Assembly: GCA_025061115.1 (NCBI GenBank)
Contig: JANZKC010000001.1
Location: 320,001 to 384,000 of the forward strand
DNA from: Candidatus Culexmicrobium cathedralense
Lineage (GTDB): Archaea; Thermoproteota; Methanomethylicia; Culexarchaeales; Culexmicrobiaceae
Direction of reading: 5' to 3'
Length of the DNA stretch: 64,000 bases
Every line of letters begins with the position of its first letter. Within the stretch, counting starts at the first letter, position 1. Below are positions 60,587 through 64,000 of the stretch, in pieces. A model generated the notes under the pieces. It saw only the letters and a list, made by a program, of their open reading frames with translations, searched no databases and was not told the origin of the DNA. The position numbers were made by a program, and so were the translations under genes.

Positions 60587-61818
60587 TAACGCTCCCCTCG
60601 CTCGAGGCTCTCAATGATCTTCAAGCCCTCAGCTAACATCAGCTCAATAAGCTCCTTGGATATTGAGGGCAAGTACTTCTTAGCTAAGATCCCCTCAACA
60701 TACTCCCTGAAAGCATCTCTAATGCTTGTAAAGCTCCTCCTAATGTGCACGTCGCTGACCCTCGCCCTCACCAAGTCTATTACCCAATGCATCACATTCT
60801 TCTCTCTCATCACCTTCGCAATTTCACTCCTATCGATGCCCCGCCCATATGGAAGCTTAACCAAAATTCTAACAATTGACTCTTCAGGTATTCTAGTCGA
60901 GCGCAAAACTTCAACAAGCTTTCTAGTTGGACTTAACGCATCAGTTAAATCGAAAACATCCTCCGAAAAACCATACTTTTCCCTAGGCAAAGTCACTAAG
61001 GGCCTGCATGGAAGCTCCTCAAACCTATACTCAAGATCACCTCCAACCTCCTCAACCAAAACCACGCCCTTATCCTCATCCTCCTCCCCAAAATTCATCC
61101 TCTCAATAGAGCCGGAGTAAACTATGGAGCGCTTCAGCTCCTGATAGCGGTGAATATGTCCAAGAGCAGCGTAGCTAATATCGCTCTTGGAGAAAACGCT
61201 CTTAGGAACTCTAACATCAAAAATAGGGAGATATCCAGCCGACGAACTTACTTGAGCACCTTCAACATGAAAGTGAGCTGAAACGACGAGGTAGTCGTAG
61301 TTTCCCCCATCCTTAATAAAGCTATCCAAAGCATCATCAATCAACTTTACGTACTCTTGCTCCTCCATACCTGCAATTGGAAAGTATGGTAATGATATGA
61401 ACTTTACAGCCCTCCCACTCCTGGAGCCCCTCAAAATGATTGAGCCCGGCTTATTGAAGTAATAGAATCTAGGGGCTCTAGCTTCATAAATAGCCTTTAA
61501 GTAAGCCTCAGTCCTGGAGGTTCGAGGCTGATCGTGATTGCCGGCAGTAACCAACACATAAACGTCGTTCTCAGCCAAGGAAGCAACAAACTTTGAAAAC
61601 TCGTTTAAAAGCAAGCCGCTCGGCCTTAAGGAGTGAAAGATGTCGCCTGAAATAACAAGAAAGTCGCACTCATTATTGATCACTAAATCCCTAATTCTCA
61701 TGAGCTGCTTAATGAAATCACTATCCCGCCTTTGAGCCACAATTGAATTGGGCTCAGCACCTCTCAATCCAGCTCCAAGATGAAAATCCGCCGTATGGAG
61801 AATTTTAAGTCGAGCCAC
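60586..61818 (-). CDS. mre11: Mre11/SbcD nuclease
   Basis: Motifs HTADFHLG, SGDIFH, GNHD, AH, YAALGHIH, YSGS.ER..FGE. Confidence 0.92.
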   Translation of the reverse strand: MARLKILHTADFHLGAGLRGAEPNSIVAQRRDSDFIKQLMRIRDLVINNECDFLVISGDIFHSLRPSGLLLNEFSKFVASLAENDVYVLVTAGNHDQPRTSRTEAYLKAIYEARAPRFYYFNKPGSIILRGSRSGRAVKFISLPYFPIAGMEEQEYVKLIDDALDSFIKDGGNYDYLVVSAHFHVEGAQVSSSAGYLPIFDVRVPKSVFSKSDISYAALGHIHRYQELKRSIVYSGSIERMNFGEEDEDKGVVLVEEVGGDLEYRFEELPCRPLVTLPREKYGFSEDVFDLTDALSPTRKLVEVLRSTRIPEESIVRILVKLPYGRGIDRSEIAKVMREKNVMHWVIDLVRARVSDVHIRRSFTSIRDAFREYVEGILAKKYLPSISKELIELMLAEGLKIIESLERGER

Positions 61819-63511
61819 GCTTAACCCTCCCATACCCAAACATCTCTCCAATTTTCACAGACTCCTCACTGCTAACAAGCTCGCTATACAACTTCTTGGC
61901 CTCTTCAATGGCCTCTCCATAATCCCTAACCGCAACCACCGATGGAACTGAAATCGCCTCCCCAAAAACAAGCACTTCTTTTCTCCTTAACCTCTCGATA
62001 ACTGGCTTGAACAGCTTGGGGTGAGGTAAGCCCTTTGACGCCGCCTCTATATCTGAGTCCTCCGTCAAGCACATAACAAAGTTGTTCCAAAGCATTGCCC
62101 TAGCATCCTCGAATATCTGGGATGGACGCTGATCTATAATGCATAAAACCACTCCCCGCTTTCTCAGCTCCCTAGCAATATTTCCAAACGGAGTCATGAA
62201 GTAAACTGATGGACCTAAAAACTTGTGCGCCTCCTCAAGGAAAATCACAACGCGGTACTTTAGCTTTTTACCCGCCATAATCCTCTTAATGCACTCACTC
62301 CAAAGCCTCCTCGCAAGTATGTTTGCTATTAGCATGTATGCAACCCTATCATCACCATACCTTCCAAAGCTAATTACAACACTTCTACCTCCATCCAGAA
62401 TCTCGCTAACTACGGTAGAAGCAGTATCAACCTCCACATCATCCCACTTAATGAACTCATACCTAGCTAAGCGTGCAAGCCTACCTCTAGCAGAAAGAAG
62501 AGACATCAATGCTCCCTGACCATACCTCTCCCTAACCTCCTTCCTAACTTGCTCATCCTCCCGATCGCTAATGAAGCCGCAAAGAGCCTTCAGCCAGTCA
62601 TCCTTAAATTGCCCCTTCAGCAAGCCGGCAATCGAAGGCAGAAGGTCCATGAAAGTCCTAGTGAAGCCTAACGCTTCGCCAGACGCAATCAAATCTTCAA
62701 CAGTTATCCCCCTATAGCTCAGCATGAACATGTCCAATCCAGACTCTCTGGACAATATTTCGTCGGGAGTCAACCTAAGAAAGTCATACTTAAACGCCAG
62801 CCCAACTCCATCAGCATACTCCTCTCCAAGCTGATCCTTAACTTTCAATCCATACTCGCTGTGCATGTCGAGAATTAGAAGCTTAACCTTTTTCTCGAAA
62901 GCACCAGTATGATTCGCAAGAATAATGTAGGTTGCAATGAGATTGCCCAGGAAGGTCTTTCCAGTTCCACTTTTACCAAATATACCGAAGCATCCTCTAA
63001 CCAGCACATCCACATTGATAGGGACAAAAACAGCTAGGTCTTCGCCAATTATTGGAGCCTTAGGCTTTCCAATGTTCCACAACCTCTTGCAGTCAGCCCT
63101 TCCATAAAACGACTCAACATCATCTATTGATGGAATTCTAACTCGAGACATTAACTCCGGAATATTGTCAGCCCTCTCAACAGCCCCATTCCTATACACT
63201 GCAATTGGAATCAAAGTTATTTCAGCACCAAGCACACCTTCACGCTTAAGCCCCTCAGCAGCAACCTCTTGAACCACCCTCAAGTCATTTGAAGCCCCAT
63301 CTTCACTTCTAACCAACGCTTCAGCAATATCAGAACCAGACTTAAGCTGCAAATCGGAAATCAATGCAAGATAGGTATTCTTAGCGCCAGAAACAACTAC
63401 AATTGAGCTGGCTCTAACATCCTCAGGCGAAAATCCCCTCAAAATGTGAGCCTCAATCCCCTTACTCAAACTCCCACCAGTAATTCTAGCAAACATCTTT
63501 TCCATCATCAA
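61805..63511 (-). CDS. herA: HerA-family DNA translocase
   Basis: HAS barrel, GKSGTGKT, DMHSEY, FLEEAHKF, IARELRKRG, DQRPS. Confidence 0.92.
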   Translation of the reverse strand: MMMEKMFARITGGSLSKGIEAHILRGFSPEDVRASSIVVVSGAKNTYLALISDLQLKSGSDIAEALVRSEDGASNDLRVVQEVAAEGLKREGVLGAEITLIPIAVYRNGAVERADNIPELMSRVRIPSIDDVESFYGRADCKRLWNIGKPKAPIIGEDLAVFVPINVDVLVRGCFGIFGKSGTGKTFLGNLIATYIILANHTGAFEKKVKLLILDMHSEYGLKVKDQLGEEYADGVGLAFKYDFLRLTPDEILSRESGLDMFMLSYRGITVEDLIASGEALGFTRTFMDLLPSIAGLLKGQFKDDWLKALCGFISDREDEQVRKEVRERYGQGALMSLLSARGRLARLARYEFIKWDDVEVDTASTVVSEILDGGRSVVISFGRYGDDRVAYMLIANILARRLWSECIKRIMAGKKLKYRVVIFLEEAHKFLGPSVYFMTPFGNIARELRKRGVVLCIIDQRPSQIFEDARAMLWNNFVMCLTEDSDIEAASKGLPHPKLFKPVIERLRRKEVLVFGEAISVPSVVAVRDYGEAIEEAKKLYSELVSSEESVKIGEMFGYGRVKRGST

Positions 63512-64000
63512 CCCTCCAACAATATCTTCCTAGCCCTATCAAGCACAAGCGAAATATTCGAGTCAACACCCCACCTAGCCATCGAAGTTGAAATGGACTT
63601 GAAAAGAGAGACGCGCTCGTCAATTGAAAACTTCTCAGCTAAAATCGAAAAGAATGCCTCTGCCAGAAACATGAACTCCCTAGTTCCCAATGCATGAACA
63701 ACAAGAGGAATGTAATCAGCTTTAAATTGATCATTGTACTCGTGAAATTCCCTTATGAACTCATCGCTTGGAATGAACGCCAAATCATGAATTAAAGGCT
63801 TCCTCCTAGGCCTAGATTGGAAGAAGCGGCCATTAGAGTACCATCCAATTGAAATTGCATGATAAGTGTCGATTAATCTGTCCTCCAAATCAGGATACCT
63901 ACTCTTAACCTGCTCTCTAGAAGCCCTCATTGGAACTGGAATTGACTGAAGGCCAGGAGCAACAAGCATTTCAGAATAATACACTATGCCTACAGTCAAG
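63508..64000 (-). CDS. Probable stand-alone HAS-barrel protein (5'-partial)
   Basis: GIV....PVPM...REQV...YPDL...IGW....FFQ.RP...PLIH pattern; translationally coupled to herA. Confidence 0.6.
   Translation of the reverse strand, partial: LTVGIVYYSEMLVAPGLQSIPVPMRASREQVKSRYPDLEDRLIDTYHAISIGWYSNGRFFQSRPRRKPLIHDLAFIPSDEFIREFHEYNDQFKADYIPLVVHALGTREFMFLAEAFFSILAEKFSIDERVSLFKSISTSMARWGVDSNISLVLDRARKILLEG

Noticed and set aside
1-64000. tRNA, rRNA, transposase or integrase genes; self-targeting spacers
   Set aside because: None recognised by eye; tRNAscan-SE and a spacer self-BLAST would be needed to exclude them.

Overview
Archaeal chromosomal window, probably TACK/Thermoproteota. This is inferred from GGTGA/GGAGG ribosome-binding sites, an ATP-dependent DNA ligase, paired purF genes, csa1-cas1-cas2, a CRISPR repeat ending ATTGAAAG and C/D-box sRNAs. 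1-13 kb holds a purine biosynthesis cluster (purB, M, E, Q, L, S, T, D, F-like, F, C). 14.5-18.5 kb is a decaying zone: an orphan CRISPR leader with a single repeat, a broken cas4, an MFS gene with a premature stop and a TatD/speE deletion chimera, around two intact C/D-box sRNAs. 18.7-26.5 kb holds a 41-repeat CRISPR array with an adaptation-only type I-A module and two vapBC pairs. 27-58 kb is mostly metabolic, transport and housekeeping genes. 58-64 kb is a bacterial-style HAS-herA-sbcD/mre11-sbcC/rad50 operon. The best candidate for a new system is an unannotated 19-aa peptide gene (MVEIYPMGDPVDDPWPDTN, 39840-39899) with its own promoter, operator, SD and terminator. It lies directly upstream of a tandem-Lrp regulator and between peptidase and GNAT genes. 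Three sharp local A+C to G+T strand-skew inversions are also notable. All calls come from reading motifs by eye; no database searches were run.
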